Source of the DNA: Tubiluchus corallicola
Lineage: Eukaryota; Animalia; Priapulida
Assembly: GCA_030141605.1 (NCBI GenBank)
Contig: JAQGDQ010000139.1
Coordinates: 434,001-498,000 of the forward strand
Length of the DNA stretch: 64,000 bases
Direction: 5' to 3'
The notes beneath the pieces were generated by a model that was not told the DNA's origin, did no database searches, and saw only the letters and a program-made list of their open reading frames with translations. The translations under genes and the position numbers were made by a program. Below are positions 24,601 through 39,300 of this stretch, one piece after another (within the stretch, counting starts at the first letter, position 1; each line of letters starts with the position of its first letter).

Positions 24601-27600
24601 TAAATGGAAGAGGTTAGTAACCTGCTATAACAAGTGCTGGCTTACTTGACATACCAGGCTGAAATTATTCCCAAACCATTCAATATGTCTTTAAACTAAA
24701 TCATACTAATACTTCCCAGTTATTAAGCCAATAAGTTTTACTGAAGTATGTAATTCATTAAATCAGGCTTTACTGCCTTTGCTTTATTTAACTCTCATCA
24801 GACAGATGTTTTTCTATACTGGTCGGCCATAGTTTTATATTAACGAGACAAACCCAAAATTAAAAGACAAAAACAATTACAATTCATTGTTAGAATCAGT
24901 CACCAAGTGATTAAAAACACCCTATCCATAAACTGCATTCTACATGGATGATTTGTACCATACATATACTTGAATTTATTTTGGATTTATTAGAAGTATT
25001 TCTCACAACTTGCACATAACGATTAAAAATGCAGAACAATCAAAATCACACACCTAATCAAGCAGATCGTTGCAAATGTCACAATGCAATATGATTGTAA
25101 ATGTCACACTTGCAATATGATTGTAAATATCTACATTCATTTTGTTAGAATGAAAAGAGAATCTTAGCTGAGACAAAAAGAATTAATTCTTTCCCATGAG
25201 AACCTACCAGATACTTGCTATTGTCCGACCATGCACAGCAGGTAACCCAGTCATTGTGAGCCAAATATATCGTTCTCTGAGCTTCTACAACATCTTTGCT
25301 GGTGACGCTCCACATCATGACTGTTTTATCATGGCTTCCAGTGGCGGCTATGGTGCCATCTGGAGATAAAGCACAGCAAGAGACAGGACCAGTATGTCCT
25401 GTGAGCACATGCTGCTTTGCAATATTTCTTCTGGAAAAACGTTAAAGCTGACTTTAATCAGGTTTTTAGCAAACCCGTAAAAAATATTAACGCATTGTCA
25501 AAACAAGTATAATGACAATATCATGGAGAAAAGGACCTCCTTATGGGTTATCTTGCAAAGAAGTAACCAAAAATATCAACAGCAATGTCTGAAAACAGGA
25601 AATTTAAAAAAATGTGGTATCGTTTAACGTCACAGGAATTTTAAGCACATATTTTTCTGAACCTAATAATAACTGTATAATTTTACAAATAAAGCACAAT
25701 TTACAACTTTTGTTTTCAAAATCTCACATGACAAAACAATTATCTTTCACTTCAGTCAAGTGTTATTCACTGAAAAATACTTGCGTGAATGCAGCTTAAG
25801 GTCATATCCATTGCGAACTGACTTAATCATAACTCTTGAATTTATTTTTTTATATCTTAAAGAATCACTGATTTTGAAAAATAATAGTAACTATTGTTGA
25901 AAGTGAATATCTTATGATGAATTTTTATCATAGGTTATTACTGCTAACCATAACAGAACACAAAGAAATAAGAATACTCTCACACATAACAGCACAAGCT
26001 GTTTGGTTATGGCATCTATATTTATAACTTTGGCACACTGAGGCCATTGCTTAGCTATATTTTTTAAAGTGCATGAGCTGGCACTCAAAGCCGAGTATGC
26101 CTAGGATGGCAACTAGAGTCCTGTTCTCCTGCCTGAGCGGAGCATGCCTCGAAAAACTCCAGCACTGAATTGGCAGCCAAGCGCAGAACTACCTGACCAT
26201 AACAGCTTCCCAACGTAGGAGAGGTTCCCAAAAATAATGGAGCTCAGCATAATAATCAAAGCTGAAGTTATATTCATTTAGCAAATAAGCATTACATACG
26301 TTGTCTTGGAATGAGTTGATATGTCGCTAGCAGAACTATCAGTACTACTATCACAGAAGAGTTCCATGTGATCAAACATGCTGTAAAAAGTCAGTCGTGC
26401 CGTGAAGTCTTCCGACGCTGTCAACAGAATCATTTCATGCTCCTTGAACATGGCAAAGGAGAATGACAGCACAGGCTTCCCATGTTCTTCACAACTTAAT
26501 TTATGCTTTTCTTTATCAGTGATTATCAATTGATCATTTTGTAATGCGAGTAGTAGCTGTGCAAAAATAGAAACAAGATTAATTTTTTCTATTTGATTCT
26601 CATCTAAATTAAATTTCAATACATTAATTATTTCTACTGTCACTTTCTGATGTAATAGATTTAAGTCCCATATTCAAGCACTCTTTATTTAAAGCAGTTG
26701 GACAGATATGATTTCATCGAATTTCCTTCTGCTCTTCATTGATGATCACTTTATGTACAAATTTTAAACAGCAGAAAAGGTTCTAAGATATTATTTATGG
26801 GTATGACATCGTACTTGAGTGATATGAAACAAACACGTGAAACAAGCCAGTTTGCTGATAATGGCTTGGCTCAGCCCGCATGTGATGGCAACATTCTAAT
26901 GGCGGCTATATTAAAAAATTTTGGAAGGAGTTTACAATACCCCACACGATTCCTCCAACTTTAGCCCTAATCCAAACCCAACCCTAACACTAACCACAAC
27001 CCTAATCCTAATCCTAACCCTAATCCAAATCATAATACCTAACCTTAATCCTAATCCCCTTAATGAACTAATTTTTGAGTGGGGAATAGTGAACTTTAGC
27101 CAAAATTCCTATTTTTGGTTCCGACATCTCTTAGATAATTATCTGAGGTACCACAAACCCAAATTACCTCAGCAGCATTCTGGAGGAAGTATATTTGATT
27201 CAAGTTTTTTGGCCATTGCTTGGTAATTGTCATCACCATGGCATCCTATTTCTTAATTGCACAACTAGAGCTCGGTTTTCACTGCTGTGCAACTTTAGTT
27301 GGTATCAGAACAACAGTCTAGGAGAAATAACGAGAAAAACACTAACAAACACGAATGAGACAAAGGGTCGATGCGCCCTTATGAATTGGCCGCCAAATCA
27401 ATTATCTCTCTAAACTGAAACTTAATCTGTAACCCTCCTGTAGACGATGTAGAAAATAAATATTAAATACCTGCACCATTTTAGAGCTTGATCCAACAAA
27501 GCCAACAAATACAAGATCAGATGCATCATCCTCATCATTAGTTATGGACATGAGCTGTGATCTTGTGAAATGAACAATACGAACACATCTTAGTGTGCCT

Positions 27601-30600
27601 ACCTTAGTGGACACAGTGGTAGAATCACCTAGAATAAACAAACATATATCATTAAGTATCAAAGCCATTTTGATAACAAAGTCATGCTACGACTTTTTTC
27701 CTATTTCATATTACATTTTTACTGTAACAATGTCAAGAAGCCATTGTTTGGAACACAGATTTAGGGAAGCGGAGAAGCACAATCTCAATAACAGAATAAA
27801 CACCACATCTATTGGTTGAAAACAACATCTTTTATCCTGGCTGGTTAAAACTTCAGAGCGATGTTTCAGGTTAACAAATATAATAACCCATCATCAGACT
27901 ACAAATGAAAATAAAGGCATAAGTGACATAAATACAATTCAATCTTCTTAGGGTAAAGAACAAATAGATAACAAAAATAAACTAAAATTACTAACCATAC
28001 TATAGAACCATCTGTTTGCTATCACCAACTACTCATTCTATCAAACACATGCTTCAGCCATTATTACAATGAAAAGGAGATAGAAAGAAGTGCAGTAATG
28101 TACAGTGAAGCCAGTCAGAAACGGAAAGAAATTTTGGGAAAAATTAATATTATTTTCTTTAAAGGCACAGATTGGTGTCACAAATCAAATTAGAAAAACT
28201 TCGAGGAACCAAATTGTCAGCATAACCAGTCATTAAAATAATACTCATACAAATATGACCTGGGGCTGCTTTACTCAATAAATGAGGTTGTACAGTATGC
28301 TGACTGAGAAAAGGATTTCTAAGATAAACATTTTCATGTTATTAGTGTAGTAAGCATAGTCTATCACAATCTTACTGGCTAAAATCTTCTAGCCGTTTCT
28401 GTGACAAAGAGATTAAATTTGCAGCTAAGCAAAGATGAAATTTGCTGCGTGTTAATTGCACAAACCTGTTTTCATGTTTATAATTCTCATAGTGTCATTG
28501 TGGTAACCAATCACAATGTAAGTTCCTTGGTCAGTTATGGAAACACATGAAGCATAACCGCTGTCCTTATCTGACTTGTAGGTAGTAACCAACTTGCCAA
28601 AATTACCTGTCCATACCTTAAAAAGTAAAAGGCAATTAGGGACAATTTTTTGATCTTCCAAAACCTTTGTTAGTTACATTTAAATTCCAACTTCCCCGAG
28701 TTTCATAATTCTGAACATTACAGCAAAATATACAAGCTGTTAAAGCATCCTTTTCGTTGCACCTATATAGATTGCTTGATGTTACAAGACTGATGCTTAC
28801 GTTTAAGGAATGTAATGCTTCATAGACGAAATCCAGTCATTAGTCACATTCGCTTGCAATAATGAGGAAGGTTCAAAACACATTTACGAACATACTATGA
28901 ATGACAAACACACAGATGATCTGGAAAGTTTGTTAACTGAGGGTGATTACTTACCTTAATCTTTCTGTCATCACCAGCAGTAACAAGTTTATCGCCATTT
29001 GCAGAAAACATGATGCTATTAACAGGCATAGAATGACCTCTCAAGTTACCAACCTAAATCATTACAAATTAGCATTAAAAGATGTGTGGAGTAATTTGAC
29101 AGCTTTAGAAAATACATATGATCACAATGAGCCAATGCAAGTTAATTGCATGTATTACTTAGCTAAAATTAACTTTAATTAGCTTAATCTCGTACTGTAA
29201 GTGGCACTATTGCTCTATGCTCAAAAATACTGTCACTTTTATTCATTATACTATTTCTGGTCTAATAATAAGACAATGTTTAAATGTGTGTAACAATGTT
29301 ATGTAGTACACAACAAAAGTATTTTGAAGTAAAGTGACGAACTACTGCATCCTGGGATAAGATCAATAATCGAACAAATATGAACACGGGAGAGAAAAAA
29401 CTTTACTCAGCCTTAGCTATCTGGAAAAATGATGTTCTTATACTTAAGTAGATTCGAATATTTTGATTTTTTAGGAGAAAAACGAGAGAATTTGAAATGA
29501 AAAATGTGTAATATGACAAAATGTAGCAAAAAGTTGTAATATGTCTATGTTAACTTTCAGAAAAGTATCCTGAAGGACGAAATAAATCACACAGGGAACA
29601 GGTCAAGTTATTCAGTTAGTTTATTGGCACTTACATTTTTACAGTCAGGGAAAAACACCCACACTATATCACCACAATAAAATTTGTCCATCATCAAATT
29701 ATACAGCTGTACATAAAGTGTACAAAAAAATCATTTACAAGACAACTACATCATTTAATGTGAATGATTGTTTGTTATTAAACAAGACTATCGTAGGTGG
29801 CTTAGATCCATTCCCAAACCATATAGTATTTTTATGATATTATGGTATCGTTACTAGTAATAATGCGATATAGTGTTCCAGCTAATAATACCATATGTTT
29901 GAAATTTAAACTATTGTGTTCAATAATTTTAGTCCATTCAGTCTCAGAGTGTCAATGCTCAGAGCAACAAAGAACTTAGAGGTAAGTCTCTTTATTAAAT
30001 GGGATGCTGTGGTGCAACATTAGCATACCTAATTCCAAATCAGATGACTGTGTGTTCACAATGCGGTCAATTTCAGTTTTTACTGTCTACTTTTAGCTTG
30101 TGTCCACAATAGGTGTGTCATAAGCAAAAACAATCAACAACGATCAACAAGAAAATCTTTTGCTTGATGTTTTTAAAATGCTTGCCAGGCATTTGGTCAG
30201 CGTTAGCCAGTAGGTATAAATTTTAATTTTGCAAGCAATTATAGGCCTGTAAGCTAGTTTTATCATAAAACAGCAATTTCTCTATTCGAAACTCAACACG
30301 TTTTTACACTTACAACAAATACTTAGTGTTTAATAAACAGAAGCTGTTACGAGAGGACAAAATATTTAGGGTTTAGACACTTTAGTCAAGCTTCAGTCCA
30401 CAAAGCAATACCTTCACTCCATTTTTTGCAGAAAACAACTCTACACTTCCATCTAATGTGGCAGCCACAATGTAGATGCCATTTGGTGAGAAAGTAACAG
30501 ATCTGATAGATGACTGACTTCCTCTAATAATCTAAAAAATAACAATTTGTAAACGTAGAGCTCTAGAGGAGGAAGCTGACATGTAACATGAAATGGAACA

Positions 30601-33600
30601 GCAAATTAAGTAAATTTAATCATCAGTCAGTTGTAGTAAATAGTTTGTTCTAAAAATAGCAGATGACCACAAAGTGTGTTTTAAATAACAAACGTATTTG
30701 CTTCAATTTACACAAGGTTTGTGTCTCTATGCTTCTGTACTAATTAGCACTGAAAACATACAGCATCATGAATGATAGTAGACGTAGCCTCTACACGTTT
30801 CCAAGGAAAAAGCACAAGCAAAAATGAATTACAATATTACAATACTTACTGCAATTCGCTTCTGATTGAAAATGTCATACAGTTTAACAGAACCGTCCCA
30901 ACTTCCAGACGCAACAATTTGTGTACTGGGATCTAAAGTCACTGTATTGATTGGTCTCCTACAAATAATGGCCATGCAACAGAACAAAATTATGATAGTT
31001 TCTGAATAAGTATCACAATATTACTGACAGAAATAGAGTAAAATTAGATATGTAATAGTCTGGTGGCTACAGACTGTCAGGTTTTATAAATGCCAATTGT
31101 CACTAAAAGGTGATTTGTGAAGAAGTGACATATGTTAATTAAAAACTCAATAATAGGTATAGCTATATTACTTTTCTACAAATTGTGTTATCTGAGTGCC
31201 TTTTGCAACATCCCAAACTTTCACTGTACAGTCCCAACTTCCCGATACAATGGCTTTCCCTTTTGGATCAGCAGCACAACTGCTTACACAGCGTTTGTGT
31301 CCTTTCAGCACATGTAACCTGAAATAAGATGTAGTGACTCAAACTTACATAAAAATGTTAATTAAAAATTTAAAAATGCATTCATCATAGCTTCTGCATG
31401 AAATTTCTGTTATACATCTCTTATACGGCACAAGACAGAATATGTCGCTTATGGCCATCCTGCAAAGTCTTTGAGATATTTTCACTTCAATTGATCAACC
31501 ACAGTTATACATACATGAACTGAGAAGTCATGTCTACTTCAATAAATCTAAAAAAATATATTGAATTGAACTGACTCGACAATTTTATTTCGGATCATTT
31601 TATAGATTTAAACACCATGTAAGTGTGCGGAGAAAAATTGCCAGACTCACGCAAATTCAGAAGCAAACAATGGGCATCATTTTGTAAAACAGATTCTATG
31701 CTCCACCACTGGCAAACAATGGGCAGCACATCCTCAACTCGTTCAGGACCGAACCATTCAAAATAGGTCTTGTAAGACCTATGACTTTTCTGCTATTGTA
31801 TGAGCACAGACATAATTAAACGATTATAAATTAGGTACTGTACTTTTCAGGAGACTCTCACCTATCCAATCGTACTATCTATTCAAATATTTAGAAGTGA
31901 TTTAGTTGGATAAAATAAAAAAACCACACCATTTTCATGCACTCCAACTTAGCCTATTGAGTAGTTAGTCTGGTGTATACTTGTGTGATCGTACACACTA
32001 ATTTATTGATCGCCTGCTTGCCATGGCCCGAGCTGTGCAGCGTTCTGCTGTTATTCCAGGAAAAACAACCGATCAACCAAGGACAAATTAAAGTTGTTTC
32101 ATCTTTTAACAAGAGTTCCTCCTTAAAAATAGAGTAGGCACGAGGCCAAAATGTATCAGAGTGTTCTGTCAGGATAGTTGAAATTTTCCGCATTAGCCAA
32201 TTTCACACAAGGGATACTGTACATTGTTACAGTGCAAACACTGCAGTTACTGAAAGCTTTTTTCATTTTTTTCCATCAAAAATAGATTTTGAATTTGTGA
32301 AAGGTAAGCAAATGCATTTCATATATACTTTTGCATAAAAATGCATTGCGTGAGGAGTAGAAACCTAAAAAAAGATGATCAAATATAACGCAATCTCTGC
32401 TTAGAGAGAGCAGTTTTTCATGAACCATGTAAAACGCAGCAAACGCTTACGGTCCTGAAAGAGTTAAGCAAAAACTATGCTATTGAATGCTATGCAAAAA
32501 CAGTAATTGAGTGGCACACTCGAGAAGTATTGATCGATAATGCAGGCTAGCAAACACTCTGTGCACCTGAGCAGAATTTAAGTCTATGTTTCAGATATAG
32601 TCCATACATTTGATTTGTCAATTTTTTTAACTGCTACTGACACTGATTGCAGGGTTGCATTCGGTAATCTTACCTATGTCCTTCAGTAATGCTCCAAAGT
32701 GACAATGTATTATCAAGAGAAGCGGAACATAAAATATTCGGCCCAGCAAAGCAGACACTGCTAATGGACTTTGAATGACCCACAAACATTTTCTGCTCTT
32801 GACCTAAAATGCCCAAATATGCAGGCTACAATGGCATGCTATGTCACAATGACTATAGTCTGAGGAGGCAAACACAAGCGCCAAGTGCAACAGTATTCAC
32901 AATAATGTTGCACAATATTTTTGCTTCACACACACACAACACAGTAGAATTGCATAATGTTAAATATCACATATGGATGCTCAGTATAATTGTGCAATAT
33001 ATTCAACATTTAATATTGTGCATGTGTACACTTCTTTGGTGTAGAAGGTTGGTTCAGAATTCCCTTAAAAATGCTGCAGCCACGTCGCAAATTTAGGAAT
33101 AATCATTTAAATAACAATAAAAAAGTAGCTTTGTAAGATATATAGCTTAAACAAGGCAACTTGAATTTTGGTGAAGAAAGAAGTGACTTATAAAGAGAAA
33201 TATTCAAACTGGAAGAGGTAAAAGTGAACTGGCAACTATGTTTTGGGTAGTGCCCGGAGAGAGTTACTAACGAACCTAGTTGGCCACAGTACACATACCA
33301 CTCACATGAAAGCATGCGTGCCCATCAACTCAACAATAAATGGTGCTATAAAATTTATAGTCTGTCCTATTTATTTTTACACTTTTTTCACTTTAATTTA
33401 TTTTATTGTATTTTACAGATTCTTTAGTGAAGGCACAAATAGTGGTTATAAAAAGACCTTATTGAACAATATTTAATTTTAATGTGATTTTTCCAGGTAT
33501 TCCGTTCAAAACGGTTCTATATCTCCCACTTTCAAATAATTACGCTAGTGTTCACAAGAAAATTTTCATAAGAATTGTCATTAAATGATAACTATAAATA

Positions 33601-36262
33601 AACTTAAACTTAATAACTTTGCTGGAAAAGTAAATATAATATTCTTGTTACTGTTTTGGCTTGTAAATTGAAAAACAAATGGCTAAAATTAACTTAAGCT
33701 GTTATTTTTAGTCACACAGATAACAAAGTAACAAAGAAAAATTTAATTTTGTTAAACATGTTCATTAATTAACAATGATTAGAACAAAAATCAACTTCTA
33801 AGTTACCGGTTTCGGTATCGTTAATCCAGACGATGCCATCAGCACCACCACTGGCAAACTGAGTTTTACTCAATGATGCCGCTAAGCAGGTAACTGGTAA
33901 AGGATAGTCTGGCAGAGTTAACAAACAAGGCTCAGAGCATTGCAACTTGTTTGTCACTTCAAGAATGTGCTGTTTCAAACAGGGTTGTTTGTCTTTAGCC
34001 TCTAATGCCACTAATGATGTCTCGTCCTCGTTCAATGCTTGCTGCCAAATCAGTATTGGGCACCTTTAATAAAATAAGAAGTAATCTGGTTACAGGATCA
34101 GTTTTTAAACTGTCAAACTAAAACTGACGTGTTTAGACAACATCAAACTTTACTCCGTCAAACTCTGGTAAGACCTACTCAACGTCAGACAAATTATAGT
34201 GCCAATATGTAGACATGTTATGTTGTTTATTGGAGTAGCTTGTACAGTTTGCACGATTAAAAAAGGAGAAATTGGGAAAGAAAGAGATAAAAAAGTGTGG
34301 ATGAAAAATAGCTGCAGCGAAGAATTGAAAGAGGTGAAGTGAACTGAATTGATTGAATTAAATTGAATGATGAATGAGCATGCGACGCTACTGGCTGTTT
34401 AATCTGAGTTTGTCAATTTTTCTTTGTAGAATTCAAGATGATTTGATACCATCAAACTTTGTTTGTCAAACTAACACTGACAAACAAGTTTGACAGAAAA
34501 AATTGATTGTCTAAACTCTAAACGGGTCTCAGTAATGTCTGCAGAACAAATGCTATGAAGTAAAAAAGACATTAAAGACAAAAACACAGACAAATGGCCA
34601 ATATTAAATGATAGCTGACACAAAATGCAAGTTGCGAAAAAGGACTATTTGAGTTGCAAATACCTACAGTAACAACAGATTAGTTAAGAAATAAAGAACT
34701 TTTAAAAAGATACAAGAAAGTCAAAAGGTTTGTGTCAACGTTTCTACCATGAAGCAACAGAGACATGCAGGAGTTTTTACTATCAGTATTTAACAAATAT
34801 TGCTTACTTAGCCAATTTGTATGTCATGCTAAGAGCAGTTCTGCGAGCACCTGCTACAGAAGTTTAATGAAGAAAACTTGGTTAGGATTCACACAACAAT
34901 ATTGCCTAAAGTAGACTGTGAAAAGAAAATTTATAAAACCAATGCCTTAAACAAGTGGGGAACATAATCATTACTGCAATAGTAATAATGGAAACTTACT
35001 TTAATAATATGTGCTGATGAATTGAAACGAAACTCTTGTACTGCTGAACTGCTCCGTTCTCAACAAATTTCTGTCTGTCTCGTTGAGCAGTTAGTGAAGC
35101 AGAATTTCCATAGCCTAAGAAATCCTCAAGTAAATGCACTCCTAAACCGAGCTTGAATTTTGCGTAAATGAAATTAAGGTTGCATAACACCATCTCTAGT
35201 TCTCGGTAGCTTCCACTGCAGGCCTAAAATCAGTTAATGTTACAATCAGTTTCCAAAGTACACTATCACACGTCCTTTCCTTAAACTGCGTTGCCTGTTA
35301 CTAACATGATGTTTTAAAACTACACATAATAAGTAAAAAACTGACTGTATAAGTGAAACCAAAAGCATGATGTTAGTGTTGTTACAAATCCCATCTCAAC
35401 CTCTACTAATTTACTAAACAAATTTCCAGTTTGTATGTGTTCTAATTTGGAATCTCAGAAATAGTCTTGCCATATTCGAACTTTAGCCACAACAGTTTTT
35501 CCTGTCTTGGCTTATGTAGCTTAATTGGGTCAGCTAGCAACCACTCCTGAGCAATCAATTAATACTGTCAATGAAATTTAAAAAATGGTTTAAAAAATTA
35601 GGCTTAATGAGTATTAACCGTGTTATTAAAACAGTATGCAAGAAAACAGTATTATCTATCATCAACCAAAATTGAAGTCTGAGACAAAATCAGCCTTACT
35701 AAATGATATGGCATTTCACTAAATGCTCTAATATTATTTCCAGTCCAGGAATCATCTCTACACGGATCAGCTTCTAACCAATAATAAGCTGCCAAAAGCC
35801 GGTGCAGAAAAGCTTCAGTTTCTGAAGCCATGCCACGCATGTACCTCGTCTTCACAGCTGACTTGATATCTGTGTGAGCTAAATGCAAAATACTGAAAAA
35901 AAAAACAAATCTGATACACCATATTGACGTGGGATGCACGGCTGAGTAGTTAAGGTATCGTGCCTGGTGAATGAAGTTAAGAATGGCACCAAATGGATGG
36001 GTGAACTGATTCGACATTTCGTTCGAGGCGATTTCATTTGCCATGCTATTTCTGGCTGTTCACCTCACCTAAGATGTATGTGATTGTAAAGTATGCTGGT
36101 TTAGAAGCTCATTTTAGAAGCATGGCCTTGCCAATGAGTTAGGTTCCGGTCAAGCCACAACAATCTAACTCGAATAGGACCTGCCATTGTAATTACTTGT
36201 GTTTTGCTATTCAATATGTATATATATATATATATATATATTGCTATTCAATACATACATAC

Positions 36263-36318
<56 letters not shown>

Positions 36319-39300
36319 AATGCTGGATTCCAGCTTCCAGGACTCTGAATTGTATAGTAGAAATAGATTGAACATAAAATGTAATAAAAGCCTGTAAATG
36401 ACTCTTGTAATCATTTCACGCATTGAAATACGTTTAAATTCTTGCAGTAGATGGGTGATGTGTGATTTTAGTAGGTTACAAGGTAAATGTTGGGCATGCA
36501 CAAGCACCTACAACAAGTGCTGATAAAAACAGGAACATTCTAAGAAAATGCTAATACTTGTCACATCCTGTTGGCCTCAGGAATCCTCGTACGGCTCGTA
36601 GTAGCCTGGAAAACACAGCTGGTGGCAGTACATCATTAGGTTGCATTGAAAGTTTTCTTATTTCATACATACTGATTTTAGATGCTTTAATTTTTACATT
36701 GCAAATCAGGTGATAGTAGCTTAGCAAGTAGTGCACTTCACTCTCTTGTAAACCTTCAAAATAAAATTTTAACAAAAAATATTAAATACATGCTATCAAT
36801 AAAAATATGAAAGTAGATACAAAATTCTAGTTTGATAGATTTTAATTTTGTTCAGTTGACATCATTTGCTAAAAAATTTGAGTTTTGGAAAACTAACGAA
36901 GAGCAAGTTTCCGTGAAAATATCATTTGAACCTGCAGTATACTCAAGAGAAATGTACAAACCTCAGTTTAATTAGTGGACACTCCAAATACACCTCATAA
37001 AACTAGGTAGTTCTTTACCTGTCTAGATTATAAACAATAAGCTAGCATAGTCATTAATAACTACTACAAATAAACCTGGATTTTAAATTTTTTTACAAAA
37101 TTCAACTGGTCAAAAGAAAGGACATGTTAGAGCATTAAAAAATAAATAAATGGGATACCAAAGTCCAAATCTGATGAGTAGTGTGGCACAATGAATAGCC
37201 GAGTCATCACTGCTACTGCTACTACATGCCTTGCTACTCAAGTTAAGCAGCACTGAGGCTGGTCATGGAATGGTGAGTGCCTGTCTGGCTCAATACTTGC
37301 TCTTGAGAGTTTCATTCACCACACTAATTCTGGGATATCGTACGGATATGATACATACACGTCCAAACAGGGTTAAGATCATTCTGCTGGTTCATTGTCT
37401 TAGAACTACCCTTGACAATGAGTTAGGTTCTGGACCTATCACAACCATCCACATGAAGTACCATTGATTGCTAGACTGCGTGTAGAATGTTGAAGTCCAA
37501 GAAAAATTCTTACCACAGCGACTGCATGAGAGCAGGCAAAGCACAGTTGACAACAGCTCCTTTCCATGATCCTGCTCAAGTCTTTGCAAGATGTCCTGCA
37601 ACAGATTTGCTGTTGTGTGTGGTAGAGACATGAGTTTATCTGAGATCTGGAATTATAGGATATAAGTGATTATAACTAATACTACTAGTCAAAAAAAACA
37701 GCAACATATGGCAAGGATGAATGGATTTCTACATAAAGTTATAGACAACAGTTTAGGATGGCAGAAAAACACACAGAGGTCAAGATTACAATATTCACAA
37801 CTAAAATCGTAACATCAAACAAATCAAGAAATGAGTTTATCCAAGACTTTAATATATTAGCACGGAAAATGGTGCATTATGGCTGAAAATGAGTCTGCTT
37901 TCAGTCCGGGAGGTCGTGGGTTTGATATTGTGGCTAGGTCGTGCCAAAAACTTTAAAAATTGTAATTGCTATTGCTTGCCCTACATTGATAATTAAAGTA
38001 AAAGTGGGATAACATTCTTCGTCTGTTATGCAGGTATAACTCATTATTTACAGTCGGCAATGTAAGCGAGAGTAAGACCCATGGCTTGTGTCGTCTGCTG
38101 AATTCATATGCAGTAGGTGCCACTTAATAGACTCACGGTTAATAGACTCAATCGCTTAATTCACTCAAAAACGCCTGGTATGGGCCGCTTCTATTCAAAT
38201 GCACATAAAAACTGTCGGTAATTGACTCAAATAACTCCGCATAATTGATTCTATATTTTTGCTTCACAAGCTTCAATAAGACACTTTCGTGTAACTAATG
38301 AGCTTTTATGACTTTTATATCATCTTAGTTCGCTTTTGTACTATAATATACATAGAAACAATCATGCTAAGCACTGTTTTGTTTGTAAGCAGGTACGTTT
38401 ATCACATTATGCTAATTATGATTGCCTAATAGTTTGCTTTGACCTACCTGTCCACTGCAATTAACCTCGTTGCCCAAAAATTCCTGGAAACTAAACATTT
38501 AATCACTTGTTCAGCGGTTTGTTTTTGAAGCTCTGGCTGTCTTTGTCAGAAAGTTTTATTAGTTAGATGTTGCTGTTATGCCAGGGATGCAGGTACAGTA
38601 CAATAAGTACGTCATAAATACAAGCAGGAGGTAGGCGAAACTACAGACGAAGCTATTTGCAGGGAAACAAGCGCACCACCAACAGTTCCAGCAGGCCAAG
38701 TATTAAGTATTTTACGAGAATTTGTGCATCATGCAACAACAGATTTTCAACATTTTTAACATTGTGAGAACTTTGTGAGCCAACTTCTTCGTGGTAAAAT
38801 GAAGCAGCTGACTTTGAAGGAATTTTTGTAATTTCTGCAAATAAACAGAATTGTGTGATTTAGACAAGTATACTTTTTAATTTATTGCTAATTCACTTAT
38901 ATTAATATTTCAAAATATTTTTTCCAATTTTTAACTGGACAAAGGAATTTAGGCATTACTCCGTTTCTGAAATTTATTAAAAACTTTGCAATACTAAGCC
39001 GATGACTCATACTTTATACTAGTAATACTACACCCATCGGTTAATAGGTTCAGTCAGTTAATTGAGTCAAAACACTTCGGTCCCAAAGTGAGTCTATTAA
39101 GCGGCATCTAGTGTACTTCATTTAAAATGTAAAATTGTTCACCTTCTCAAATACACCAAATACTCTTAGTTCTTCACATGCGAGCTTGAGGAACAAGGGA
39201 TGTGTAGCCTCTCTCTTAGACGTGAGCAATTTCATCTGTTACAAAATAAAACTAGGCTGTCTCAACTTTATAAGTTATCAAATGCTATTGAATTTGACAA

